Source: a virus
Taxonomy: Duplodnaviria > Heunggongvirae > Uroviricota > Caudoviricetes
Direction: 5' to 3' (one strand)
Length of the DNA: 64,000 nucleotides
Virus record (IMG/VR): IMGVR_UViG_3300028886_000029
Span: 238,007 to 302,006 of that record
Shown here: piece after piece, positions 49,890 to 59,144 of the stretch
Numbering within the stretch: the first letter of the stretch is position 1
Layout of the letters: each line of letters begins with the position of its first letter
Notes under the pieces: generated by a model
What the model was told of the DNA's origin: nothing
Database searches by the model: none
Seen by the model: only the letters and a program-made list of their open reading frames with translations
Program-made: the position numbers and the translations under genes

Positions 49890-50243
49890 ATGAGAAAGAT
49901 ATTTTTGTTTTTACTTGTTTTCTTGTCGTTATCCGGTTGTGGCTTATTTAAGAAAACGCACAAAACCACAACACAAGAAAATCCATATGACATTATATAT
50001 TCAAGGACAATTGACAACATGACATTGGCTCAGTTTGACTCTATTTGTGTTGCGGACACGCTTTTAGGAGAATTGGATGATTGGTACACATCATATTTTG
50101 TTGATGAGGAAACAAAGGAAACAATCGCAAAACATATCTATATTAAACAAAATAAAAGGTTCAGAACCATTTATGTGTTTACTGTGTACACTGACGAGAA
50201 AAGATATAAAATGACAATTAGAACGGAGGAAGACAATGACTAA
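49890..50243 (+). CDS. Predicted lipoprotein
   Basis: Signal peptide with lipobox LSGC; late-type motif at 49869-49877. Confidence 0.65.
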   Translation: MRKIFLFLLVFLSLSGCGLFKKTHKTTTQENPYDIIYSRTIDNMTLAQFDSICVADTLLGELDDWYTSYFVDEETKETIAKHIYIKQNKRFRTIYVFTVYTDEKRYKMTIRTEEDND

Positions 50244-50823
50244 GATAATAATAACAGAATCTCAATATAAACATATTATAAACGAGATGACTTCTGAAGA
50301 GATTAACGCTGAGGCTGAAAATGTCAATCTCACACCCACGGAGGCTCAAAAGGAAGCGGGTAATTATCGCATGGCTCACATATCAGTGAAAGGCATGAGA
50401 ATCGCCATTGAAAACCCCAAGGGTAGTAAGAGATACTACTATGAGAATGGTGAACAAAAATACAACATAATGAAAAACCATTATGGTTATTTCAACGTTA
50501 CCAAAGGAAAAGACGGTGATGCGGTTGATGTGTTTATCGGACCTGATGTTGAGAATTTCACTAAGGTCTATTGTGTTGACCAAAACAATAAAGAAGGTGA
50601 ATTTGATGAGACAAAGGTAATGCTTGGTTTCAATAGTAAAAAAGAGGCAAAAGAGGCTTATTTAAGCAATTTTTCTCCCAATTGGAAAGGTTTCAGGTCT
50701 ATAACGGCGGTTAGTCTTAAAACCTTTAAAAAATGGCTTTACAGGGGGAGAAAACAAAGGCTTCCTTTTGCTGAATATGTGGAAATAAAGAAAAAAGAAT
50801 TAAAAGAAAACAAAAAAAAATGA
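50236..50823 (+). CDS. Inorganic pyrophosphatase-like domain (polyvalent-protein type) with IITE leader
   Basis: PTEAQKEAGNY, IAIENPKGSKR, HYGY...DGDAVDVFIG and FDETKVMLGF; leader MTKIIITESQY. Confidence 0.75.
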   Translation: MTKIIITESQYKHIINEMTSEEINAEAENVNLTPTEAQKEAGNYRMAHISVKGMRIAIENPKGSKRYYYENGEQKYNIMKNHYGYFNVTKGKDGDAVDVFIGPDVENFTKVYCVDQNNKEGEFDETKVMLGFNSKKEAKEAYLSNFSPNWKGFRSITAVSLKTFKKWLYRGRKQRLPFAEYVEIKKKELKENKKK

Positions 50824-51380
50824 AAAGATTTTTTAGTGCGTTAATGGGCATTGCGCTCATTTTAGGAACCAGTTCTTGTAACAAGAACTTCGTGGAAAAA
50901 ACAATTGATGAAGACAAACAAACCATGTACACGGAATTTGGTGATGATTACAGGTGGTTTGAGACCGATGTGGTTCTTGAAAACTGGCTTGATGAAAAAA
51001 ATGACAACACTGTTGAAACAGTTTTAAACATTTTTCAGGTTGTCGAAATAATTGACTCAACAAGCGCAGATGTCTTCGTACATAAATTTGAGCATAAAGA
51101 CAACGAAATCAATAGGACAATAGCACATGATTTTTTTGTTGGTAACCATCAGTTAAACAATGTGAAAATAACTGTTTCTTTCAAAAAAGCATATGATAGG
51201 GTTCAAAAATCCAAATATGAAAAACCTCATAGCAGACAAGTAGTTCTCAGATGGGAAATCGGTGCAGAAGATTGTAACCCCCAATGGATTTTTGGTAACA
51301 CACAGTCACAACTTTATGTTGACGCTCTAACCGGTGAAGTCAGTGACACCAATCCTGCATATTTGCCTGAAAATAAATAA
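50820..51380 (+). CDS. Predicted lipoprotein
   Basis: Signal peptide with lipobox TSSC; C-terminal YVDALTGEV (PepSY-like). Confidence 0.6.
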   Translation: MKRFFSALMGIALILGTSSCNKNFVEKTIDEDKQTMYTEFGDDYRWFETDVVLENWLDEKNDNTVETVLNIFQVVEIIDSTSADVFVHKFEHKDNEINRTIAHDFFVGNHQLNNVKITVSFKKAYDRVQKSKYEKPHSRQVVLRWEIGAEDCNPQWIFGNTQSQLYVDALTGEVSDTNPAYLPENK

Positions 51381-51481
51381 ACAAAAGCAAAATATTCAAG
51401 TCAAAGAATCTCTCCATGAAGAGATTCTTTTTTGTTTTTTTAAATTTTATCGGTATTTTTGTAAAAAATAACGATAATATT

Positions 51482-52000
51482 ATGGATACATTTGGATTTA
51501 TTTGCACAATTTTGTCATTTTTAATGATGACTGTTTTTAATTTTATCTGTATTAAGAGATATGGCTTGTTGTCATGTTACTCCGCATACGGTGAGCAATG
51601 GGCTAATGAGAAAAAGAGCCTTAATGCAATAAACATTTGGTCGTTGGTTACTATTGTGTCAGCCCTATTGTTGGTTCCGCCTATTTTGGTCTCATCTGAT
51701 GGCCATCCCCTTCAGTTTTTGTGTTTCTTCACTCCACTCTACTTGTTTTTGGTCGGCATAACACCTGATTACAATAAGGTTAAAGCACATAACAGATTAC
51801 ATATGACTGGTGTAATTCTCTGTGTCATATCAGTTTTATTTTGGCTGTTTTTTGTTGTACATAGATTGATTATTTTGTTCCCTGTGTATATTTTGGCACT
51901 TGTTATTGGAATGGGAACACGCACATTTGACAAATCTTGGTTATATTATCTTGAAATGGTTATGTATTTGACCGCGTATATTGCGCTTTTAACTGTTTAG
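51482..52000 (+). CDS. Multi-pass membrane protein
   Basis: Five to six hydrophobic segments; TATTTTTG promoter element upstream. Confidence 0.6.
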   Translation: MDTFGFICTILSFLMMTVFNFICIKRYGLLSCYSAYGEQWANEKKSLNAINIWSLVTIVSALLLVPPILVSSDGHPLQFLCFFTPLYLFLVGITPDYNKVKAHNRLHMTGVILCVISVLFWLFFVVHRLIILFPVYILALVIGMGTRTFDKSWLYYLEMVMYLTAYIALLTV

Positions 52001-52004
52001 TGAT

Positions 52005-52538
52005 ATGGAAGTTTTTGAAAATTTGATTAATAGTACTGAACTATGCGTTTGGGAAGAAGAGAAACTTGTCTCTTTTTGGGGCAGTTGCTTTTCAAATTTT
52101 TATCCGGCTAAATTCACTGTAGGTGAAAATGAATATTTGACTTCGGAACAATACTTTATGTTTCAGAAAGCAATGTACTTTAATGACACTGAAATTGCTG
52201 AACTAATAAAAAACACTGAACACCCAAGGGACTGTAAAAAATTAGGAAGGAAAGTAAGAGGTTTTGATGAGGCACAATGGGATAAAGTCAAGTACAATAT
52301 CATGTATGATGCAGTCTTAGCCAAGTTTTCACAAAATGATGAATTGAAAAAGGCATTGTTATATTTTCGGAACAAAGCCTATAATTTTGTTGAAGGAAGT
52401 CCATACGACAAAATTTGGGGGGTTGGTATATATTATAATGACCCACTTATTGCCGATAAGAAAAATTGGAAAGGAGAAAATTTGCTTGGAAAATGTCTTG
52501 ACGAAGTTGGCGATAGGCTATTGAAAAAAGAGAACTAA
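52005..52538 (+). CDS. NADAR (YbiA-like) family protein
   Basis: FSNFY, TSEQYFMFQKA, KKLGRKV, AKFSQN, VEGSPYDKIWG and GENLLG motifs. Confidence 0.9.
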   Translation: MEVFENLINSTELCVWEEEKLVSFWGSCFSNFYPAKFTVGENEYLTSEQYFMFQKAMYFNDTEIAELIKNTEHPRDCKKLGRKVRGFDEAQWDKVKYNIMYDAVLAKFSQNDELKKALLYFRNKAYNFVEGSPYDKIWGVGIYYNDPLIADKKNWKGENLLGKCLDEVGDRLLKKEN

Positions 52539-52555
52539 AATTTAGTTCTCTTTTT
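52525..52555. terminator. Bidirectional terminator
   Basis: aaaaagagaactaaa-a-tttagttctcttttt. Confidence 0.75.
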
Positions 52556-53131
52556 CTTTCCTTCATTATACATAAAATGTCTCCACATATCCTTATCCGC
52601 AATACCAAGAGTGTTGGTTGACTTTTCCGAACCAATATTGTTGTTTTGTTTTTTTGACATTGACTCAAGTCTGTTCCAATCATTTTCACTCCAATCTCCT
52701 GATATACCCATTTTCTCAAATTCAGAAACAGTTGCCATGAAAACATGCCTATAATCAAATTCAGAGACAAATGTATAGTTGGAAATATCAAGGTTTAACA
52801 CTTCCTTAAACAAATAACTTATGACTTCCATATCAGATGATGCCAAATCATTCCACACAGAAATGAGTTTTTCGTTCATCCATAATCTACCTTCTCTTGT
52901 GTTACTTAATTTACCGTTTTTGCATTGATAATTGTAAAGCAAATAAGTGTGTAACAATGTTTTCGAACAAATCAACTGAAGGTCACCACTGGTATTCACA
53001 CCAACAATAAATGTTAATGTGTTCTCATCTTTGTAGTTTAAATCAATGTTTTCTTCAGGTATTCTTATTGTGTCCGGACAACCATGCAGGTTGTTACTAT
53101 TTTGTTTGTCAACTTCAAAAGTCTTAACCAT
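52535..53131 (-). CDS. Hypothetical; stand-alone homolog of an internal domain of 37355..40066
   Basis: PDTI...Y.D...TF...GRLW...ISVW versus PDSTI...F.D...TF...GRYW...ISFW; late motif at 53172-53180. Confidence 0.55.
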   Translation of the reverse strand: MVKTFEVDKQNSNNLHGCPDTIRIPEENIDLNYKDENTLTFIVGVNTSGDLQLICSKTLLHTYLLYNYQCKNGKLSNTREGRLWMNEKLISVWNDLASSDMEVISYLFKEVLNLDISNYTFVSEFDYRHVFMATVSEFEKMGISGDWSENDWNRLESMSKKQNNNIGSEKSTNTLGIADKDMWRHFMYNEGKKKRTKF

Positions 53132-53162
53132 TTTGTTCTAACAGATTTTTTTTATATATTTG
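53132..53162 (+). promoter_or_regulatory. Bacteroidota-type promoter
   Basis: TTTG at 53132-35, 19-nt spacer, TATATTTG at 53155-62. Confidence 0.6.
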
Positions 53163-53197
53163 TCGTGTAATATAAATAGTCAGAAAAAAATAAAAAC

Positions 53198-53581
53198 ATG
53201 AAAAGAAAAAACTTGTCAAAGGCAATTGAATCAACATTGTTCCAATTAGACAGGGCACTATTTTATGATTCGGAATTTGATACATATAAAACCAAATCCA
53301 GAACATTAATTGGTGTTTGTAAAGAACTTTTAAACAACAGTCATAGTGAAGAACAAGAAAAATTTATAAAAACATTCAACAGAATAATTAGAGATACAAA
53401 CAAATATTTTGTCCCGCTTCCTCGGTATCTTGGAAGATATTATGGAAAAATATTTGTTAACGAAATCAAAGAAAAGTATAATAAAGGTATGAGGGGAACA
53501 ACAGGTAAACTTAGGACATATTCAGATTCCCTTTTCAAAGCATATGTCAAGGCAATAATTTTTAAGAGGAACAATTTTTAG
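53198..53581 (+). CDS. Hypothetical protein
   Basis: 127-aa ORF whose stop overlaps the recD2 start. Confidence 0.55.
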   Translation: MKRKNLSKAIESTLFQLDRALFYDSEFDTYKTKSRTLIGVCKELLNNSHSEEQEKFIKTFNRIIRDTNKYFVPLPRYLGRYYGKIFVNEIKEKYNKGMRGTTGKLRTYSDSLFKAYVKAIIFKRNNF

Positions 53582-55710
53582 TGGAAACAAATTTTAAATG
53601 TATAATTGATTATATCACATATCACAATGATGACAACGGATATACCATCATGGGTGTTAAACCTGATTTTCAAAAAGACAGGATAACGCTTGTGGCTTAC
53701 ATAACGACACCCATCATTGGCATGACTTTGCATGTGGAAGGACAATGGAAAAAACACAACATATATGGTAACCAATTTGTCGCAGATGTCTGTGATGAAA
53801 TTATGCCTGACACATTATACGGTATACAAAAATATCTTGCAAGTGGTCTCATTAAAGGAATTGGTGAAAAGTACGCCACATTGATAGTAAACAAATTTGG
53901 CATTGAGACACCTGATATCATTGAAAACCACCCTGAAAGGCTTAAGGAAATCCCAAGATTCGGAGAAAAACGAATAAACACGTTGGTTGAATCTTGGAAA
54001 GAGCAAAAACATGTTATGGATATTATGGTTTTCCTTAAATCATTTGATATCTCAACATTATTTGCGGTTAAAATATATAAACTTTATGGCGATAACGCCA
54101 TTGATGTCCTTAAGGAAAATCCGTATAGGTTAATAACTGACTTGGATGGTGTTGGTTTTAAAAAAGCGGATGCCATTGCCCTTAAAATGGGTATTCCATT
54201 CAACTCACCACAAAGAATATCAGCCGGTATTGTTTTCACATTAAATGAGTGTGGTGAACAAGGTGACACATATGAACTCAAATCATTTTTAACCAATGAA
54301 ATTGTCAATCTTCTTCAGATTGAGGCATCATTTATTGAGACTGAAATTGATAACATGGTTAATGATGAGCAACTTGTTTGCCTTGATGACAAAATATTTT
54401 TGCCGCAATATTACTATGCGGAAAAAAACATAGCATATAAACTCACCAATGTCCTGAAAGCGTTCAAACCAATGGACACGATTACGGACGCTGAAATTAA
54501 ACAAATTGAGACACATCTTAATATCGAATACAATGAAGAACAAAAAAACGCTATTAAAACGGCTTTATATAACAATGTGATGGTCTTGACAGGTGGCCCT
54601 GGTACCGGTAAAACAACGGTGACTAAAGGCATAATAACAGCGTTAAGACTACAAAACAAAGAAATACTATGTGCCGCACCAACAGGTAAAGCGGCGGACA
54701 GAATGTCTGAGGCGACTGAAATGGAAGCGTCCACTATACACAGACTGTTAGGGTATAATCCAACCAAAGGTTACCAATATAATGAGGAAAGACCTTTATA
54801 TGGTGATGTGCTTATTGTTGACGAAATTTCAATGGTGAATGTTCTTTTAATGAATAGTTTACTTAAAGCGGTTCCAAAAGACATGAAACTAATTTTAATT
54901 GGTGATGCAGACCAGTTACCTTGTATTGGGGCAGGTAACATCCTGTCTGATATAATCTCTTCGGAAATGATACCTGTGGTGAAACTCCAAGAAATCTATA
55001 GACAGGCGGCAACCTCAAAAATAATAACCACCGCACATGCGATTAACCATGGTGAATTTCCTGACTTGAAAAACAGTAAAGACAGTGATTTGTTTTGGAT
55101 AAACATTGAGGATGAGGAAATAATAGTTAACAACATTATTGATTTGGTCAAAAACAGATTACCAAAAACCTATGGTTATAAACCAACTGAAATACAGGTT
55201 TTAACACCAATGAAAAAAGGGTCGCTGGGTACAATCAATCTTAATGAACTACTCCAAAAAGAACTGAATCCCAATGGTGAGGAAATAAAATTTGGAACAA
55301 CTACATTCAGGGTTAATGATAAGGTTATGCAAATTAAAAACAATTATGATAAAGAGATTTTTAATGGTGACTCTGGATTCATACAATCAATAAACAAAGA
55401 GGAAAAAACACTAATTGTGGTGTTTAAAAAACAAGTTGTAATTTACGATTTTTCCGACCTTGATGAATTGATGCTTGCTTATGCTGTCACCGTTCACAAG
55501 TCACAGGGTTCTGAATATCCGATTGTGGTAATGCCGATAACAATGGGTCATTATGTTATGCTAAAACGAAATTTAATATATACCGGAATCACAAGAGCCA
55601 AAAATCTATGTGTGTTACTTGGACAAAAGCAGTCTCTTTATCTTGGTGTTAACACAATTGACACAACAAAAAGAAATACATACCTTAATAATTTTTTAAA
55701 AGAAATTTAA
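53581..55710 (+). CDS. recD2: RecD2-like SF1B helicase
   Basis: HhH N-terminus (IKGIG), GGPGTGKT, APTGKAA, VDEISMV, GDADQLP, HKSQGSEY and YTGITRAK. Confidence 0.92.
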   Translation: METNFKCIIDYITYHNDDNGYTIMGVKPDFQKDRITLVAYITTPIIGMTLHVEGQWKKHNIYGNQFVADVCDEIMPDTLYGIQKYLASGLIKGIGEKYATLIVNKFGIETPDIIENHPERLKEIPRFGEKRINTLVESWKEQKHVMDIMVFLKSFDISTLFAVKIYKLYGDNAIDVLKENPYRLITDLDGVGFKKADAIALKMGIPFNSPQRISAGIVFTLNECGEQGDTYELKSFLTNEIVNLLQIEASFIETEIDNMVNDEQLVCLDDKIFLPQYYYAEKNIAYKLTNVLKAFKPMDTITDAEIKQIETHLNIEYNEEQKNAIKTALYNNVMVLTGGPGTGKTTVTKGIITALRLQNKEILCAAPTGKAADRMSEATEMEASTIHRLLGYNPTKGYQYNEERPLYGDVLIVDEISMVNVLLMNSLLKAVPKDMKLILIGDADQLPCIGAGNILSDIISSEMIPVVKLQEIYRQAATSKIITTAHAINHGEFPDLKNSKDSDLFWINIEDEEIIVNNIIDLVKNRLPKTYGYKPTEIQVLTPMKKGSLGTINLNELLQKELNPNGEEIKFGTTTFRVNDKVMQIKNNYDKEIFNGDSGFIQSINKEEKTLIVVFKKQVVIYDFSDLDELMLAYAVTVHKSQGSEYPIVVMPITMGHYVMLKRNLIYTGITRAKNLCVLLGQKQSLYLGVNTIDTTKRNTYLNNFLKEI

Positions 55711-55711
55711 T

Positions 55712-56179
55712 ATGAGAAAAATTACGGATGTTAACATTAATGTAACTGAAAAAAGGGCACCGACAGACGAATCTGTCAAACTACTGAACGAGTTTCAAAA
55801 AGAAGCACTTGAAAATCTCATTTGCAAAATATCAAATGATGAGAACAACACATTTAAATGGGAAGGATTCTTTTTTAGAACATTTAATCCTGATTCCATT
55901 ACACCAACAGGAATTTTTTACTTACGATTAACAGTTAACGGTCAATTGTTTGAGAGAAAAGTGAAAACAACCACACAAATAATGTCAATGTTAAAGTATG
56001 GCGATTTGAGATATATTGACTTAGATGGGGATATAAAGCGATATGTTCTTTTACAGATATCCGTACTTGTCAGTGAAATTCTACTTAATGACAGCGAAAC
56101 CGCTAAAAAAATCATAACTGAGATGGCTGAAATTCCAGTGACAAACTTTGATTACAAAACATTAATGAAAACAAAATAG
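55712..56179 (+). CDS. Hypothetical protein
   Basis: 155-aa ORF in the operon. Confidence 0.55.
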   Translation: MRKITDVNINVTEKRAPTDESVKLLNEFQKEALENLICKISNDENNTFKWEGFFFRTFNPDSITPTGIFYLRLTVNGQLFERKVKTTTQIMSMLKYGDLRYIDLDGDIKRYVLLQISVLVSEILLNDSETAKKIITEMAEIPVTNFDYKTLMKTK

Positions 56180-56200
56180 GAAGTCATTTTTGACTTCCTA
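56177..56200. terminator. Hairpin spanning both convergent stop codons
   Basis: taggaagtca-tttt-tgacttccta. Confidence 0.55.
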
Positions 56201-56560
56201 TGATTTATATCCCCTTTTTACTACAATGAAACCACCTCGTTGTCCGTTATATTCATCAAGACCTGTCGCTTTGCATGGCACACCTTTATGTTGATAATAG
56301 ATATTTAAATCCTCCACCAAATCATCAAAAGGTAATACTTTCCACATTGGTGCATCTGGATAACATCTGATAACAACCATATTAGGTGCCTTGTCAACTG
56401 TTTTTCCTGTCCAACCATTTGCTCTTATAACATCGGACGCTTTTTGTGGTTTTTCAGGAAAATTTTGTTTTTTGGAGAAAATACCTTCTAAAATTTGTCC
56501 GACAGACTCTTTAATGATGTATGTCAATTCATTTGCGTTCAGTTCAATATTCTTTCCCAT
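56198..56560 (-). CDS. Hypothetical with capsid-cargo-like leader
   Basis: ELTYIIKESVGQILE leader; late motif at 56579-56587. Confidence 0.6.
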   Translation of the reverse strand: MGKNIELNANELTYIIKESVGQILEGIFSKKQNFPEKPQKASDVIRANGWTGKTVDKAPNMVVIRCYPDAPMWKVLPFDDLVEDLNIYYQHKGVPCKATGLDEYNGQRGGFIVVKRGYKS

Positions 56561-56604
56561 AAAATTTCTTTTTTTCTGATAAATAGTGTTTTAATTAAAA
56601 AAAT

Positions 56605-56635
56605 TTTGTTTTTTACCATTGTTTTTGTATTTTTG
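56605..56635 (+). promoter_or_regulatory. Bacteroidota-type promoter for infA
   Basis: TTTG at 56605-08, 19-nt spacer, TATTTTTG at 56628-35. Confidence 0.65.
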
Positions 56636-56658
56636 TAAAAAATAAAAAAAAAATATAT

Positions 56659-56877
56659 ATGGCAAAACAACAAGCAATTGAACAAACAGGTATTGTACTT
56701 GAAAGTTTACCTAATGTGATGTTTAGAGTACAACTGGACAGTAACGGCATGATTATATTATGTCAATCATCAGGAAAAATGAGACAAAATTTTATTAAGG
56801 TAATTGTTGGAGACAAAGTTAAAGTCGAAATGTCACCTTATGATTTGACAAGAGGTAGAATTGTAGCAAGGCTTTAA
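56659..56877 (+). CDS. infA: Translation initiation factor IF-1
   Basis: [22 protein letters not shown]...SGKMR.NFI....[18 protein letters not shown]. Confidence 0.95.
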   Translation: MAKQQAIEQTGIVLESLPNVMFRVQLDSNGMIILCQSSGKMRQNFIKVIVGDKVKVEMSPYDLTRGRIVARL

Positions 56878-56881
56878 TAAC

Positions 56882-57721
56882 ATGGATGATTTGAAAAATA
56901 TCTTGAGTCTCATGAAAAGAATGAGACTTTTTCCTGAATCTAATTATGGTTTAAAGAAAAAGTTTGTTTTAGAAACAAGTTATGAATCAATTTTAGACGA
57001 AGGTATACATCAATCTTATGATGCGGACAAAATATATAAAATCCTGTCAAAGTATTATAAGATTGGGAACATTGATGATTTTATTAAGAACAATAATGAT
57101 ATTGGTTATGCAACTGAAGGGGCATATAATAGCGATGGTTTTTTAATCAATAACGAAATTATTGTGTTTTACCTAATTATACCCAATGGTTTTAAAGACA
57201 CTGAAAAAATTAAAAAATTCATGGAAACTTGTGGGTGGACACTTGCACAAGAACAAATTTGGAACAAAAACAAAAATTACTCTGTCTATTCTTTTCAGAA
57301 AAATCGGCAAATAAAGGAAATTAACGATGTTCCTGATTACCTATATCATTTGACACCAGTAACAAAACTACCCAAAATACTTAGAAACGGACTTACACCA
57401 AGAACAACAAATATTCTGTCGAATAGACCCGAAAGAATATATTTTCAAACCGAAAAAGCAACTAAATTGACATATGTTTTATTTGCTAATGAACTTTACA
57501 AAGCGAATTTAGAAAAAAAACTTGACATTAGTAACATGTCAAAAGATGAAATTATGGCTGAACTAAATAAACCACGCACCCTAAAATATGCATTACTTCT
57601 AATTGATAGAACAAAATTAAACAATATTAAATTTTTTGGAGACCCTGACATGGATGGTGCGGTTTGGACATACGACAATATCACACCAAAGGCAATAACA
57701 GTATTATCAAAAGAAATTTAA
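56882..57721 (+). CDS. Putative ART/KptA-like fold protein
   Basis: YLYHLTP...KILRNGLTP...PERIYF...DPD...TYDNI.P; N-terminus ILSLMKRM. Confidence 0.5.
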   Translation: MDDLKNILSLMKRMRLFPESNYGLKKKFVLETSYESILDEGIHQSYDADKIYKILSKYYKIGNIDDFIKNNNDIGYATEGAYNSDGFLINNEIIVFYLIIPNGFKDTEKIKKFMETCGWTLAQEQIWNKNKNYSVYSFQKNRQIKEINDVPDYLYHLTPVTKLPKILRNGLTPRTTNILSNRPERIYFQTEKATKLTYVLFANELYKANLEKKLDISNMSKDEIMAELNKPRTLKYALLLIDRTKLNNIKFFGDPDMDGAVWTYDNITPKAITVLSKEI

Positions 57722-57724
57722 AAA

Positions 57725-58039
57725 ATGTTTTGGAAATTATTAATCTTATGTGTTCTTTGTCATTTCCTTACTGAAAATGTGTTATTTCCAATTTCACATA
57801 ATAAGGAAAGCAAATCGGTATCTAATGCCGATGCCATAATGTGGTCATTAATTATCATTCTTCCTATAATGTGGTTTTTACCCACAAGCGGTATTAACTT
57901 ATTGCTTGTCAGCATAGCCAATGCTTCAATATATTATGTGACGACAGACGCGCTTCACGAAAAAAGTGAAGTAGGTGAAAATGTAATTAAATTTCTTCAA
58001 ATTATCTTGACTTTATTACTATTTTTATTTATATTATAA
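57725..58039 (+). CDS. Small membrane protein
   Basis: Three to four hydrophobic segments. Confidence 0.55.
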   Translation: MFWKLLILCVLCHFLTENVLFPISHNKESKSVSNADAIMWSLIIILPIMWFLPTSGINLLLVSIANASIYYVTTDALHEKSEVGENVIKFLQIILTLLLFLFIL

Positions 58040-58068
58040 AAATAATAAAATAAAAAAATATTTTTGTT

Positions 58069-58566
58069 ATGAAAAGTATATTTGATTATTTTAATGATGA
58101 CTCGGTGAAAGATAGTTTAACCACCGCGCCCCAACACAACAATTGGTTTAACGAACCATATAACCCATTTCCATCCTATCCGTATCAAGAAAATCCATGG
58201 ACATTTTGGTGGCCTTATAGTTACACGACAACAACACTTAACGAAACATTCCCCACTTTCCATGAGTTTGTTGATAAAGGAGTTACCTATGAATTAGTTC
58301 TTCCAATATCCAAGAAAGTGGTTGGTTCTGACATCACCATTGATGTTATTGATGAGAAAACAATAGAAATCAAATATGAACACAAGGAAGATAACTCATT
58401 TACCAGCGGTTCATATGAATATACACTTCCAAAGGATGTTCAACCTGATACTTTAACCGCTATAATTGACAACAGTAAAGGTGAAACCAACCAACTTAAA
58501 ATTACGGTGACAAAAAAACCGCTTACTGATAAAACTTCTTCTTCAAGGAGAATTGAAATTAAATAA
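58069..58566 (+). CDS. Small heat-shock protein (Hsp20/alpha-crystallin-like)
   Basis: YELVLP...DITIDV...YEYTLPKDV...LTA...QLKITV and a C-terminal RRIEIK (IxI motif). Confidence 0.7.
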   Translation: MKSIFDYFNDDSVKDSLTTAPQHNNWFNEPYNPFPSYPYQENPWTFWWPYSYTTTTLNETFPTFHEFVDKGVTYELVLPISKKVVGSDITIDVIDEKTIEIKYEHKEDNSFTSGSYEYTLPKDVQPDTLTAIIDNSKGETNQLKITVTKKPLTDKTSSSRRIEIK

Positions 58567-58604
58567 AAAAAATGACAGATATATATATATCTGTCATTTT
58601 TTTT
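58565..58604 (+). terminator. Palindromic terminator with an (AT)6 centre
   Basis: aaaaaaaatgacag-atatatatatat-ctgtcatttttttt. Confidence 0.7.
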
Positions 58605-58679
58605 TTATAAATAGCCATTAAATCACATTTTTTAATTTATTTCTTTTACAAAACTATTTATAGTAAAAACAGATTTTTA

Positions 58680-59093
58680 ATGAGAAGAATAATTATAACG
58701 GAAGCACAAGAACAGCAACTGATTAGGTTGTTGAAAGAAGATACTGTGCAACAAATGCCCGTGGACAAAAAAATGAATAAACCATATACCATTGACCCCC
58801 AAAAGGTGATGGTTGTTAAAAAGTTTTTGGATGACAACTTTAAAAAGGGTAATATTGAAAGGATTGGCTCAGATGGTTTGAAAGAAGTGGTGCCAATTGT
58901 ATCCATTGTGTCATCAACCGGTGAATCACTGAAAAATCTTTACAAAGAGGACTTGTGCGATTTACTTATTGAAAAATTTAAGAAAATGTTTCTTGATAAA
59001 ATTGAAAGGGAATTGTTTATGAAACAGGTTATGGAAGATTGGTTTAATGACAAAATCAATATTCATGGCATGTTGTCTGTTAATCATCTTTAA
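58680..59093 (+). CDS. Hypothetical with IITE leader
   Basis: MRRIIITEAQ...LLKE; late motif at 58653-58661. Confidence 0.6.
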   Translation: MRRIIITEAQEQQLIRLLKEDTVQQMPVDKKMNKPYTIDPQKVMVVKKFLDDNFKKGNIERIGSDGLKEVVPIVSIVSSTGESLKNLYKEDLCDLLIEKFKKMFLDKIERELFMKQVMEDWFNDKINIHGMLSVNHL

Positions 59094-59144
59094 AAAAGCA
59101 ATAATGAAATGTGTTTAAATAACATACTAAAACTATTATTTGCC

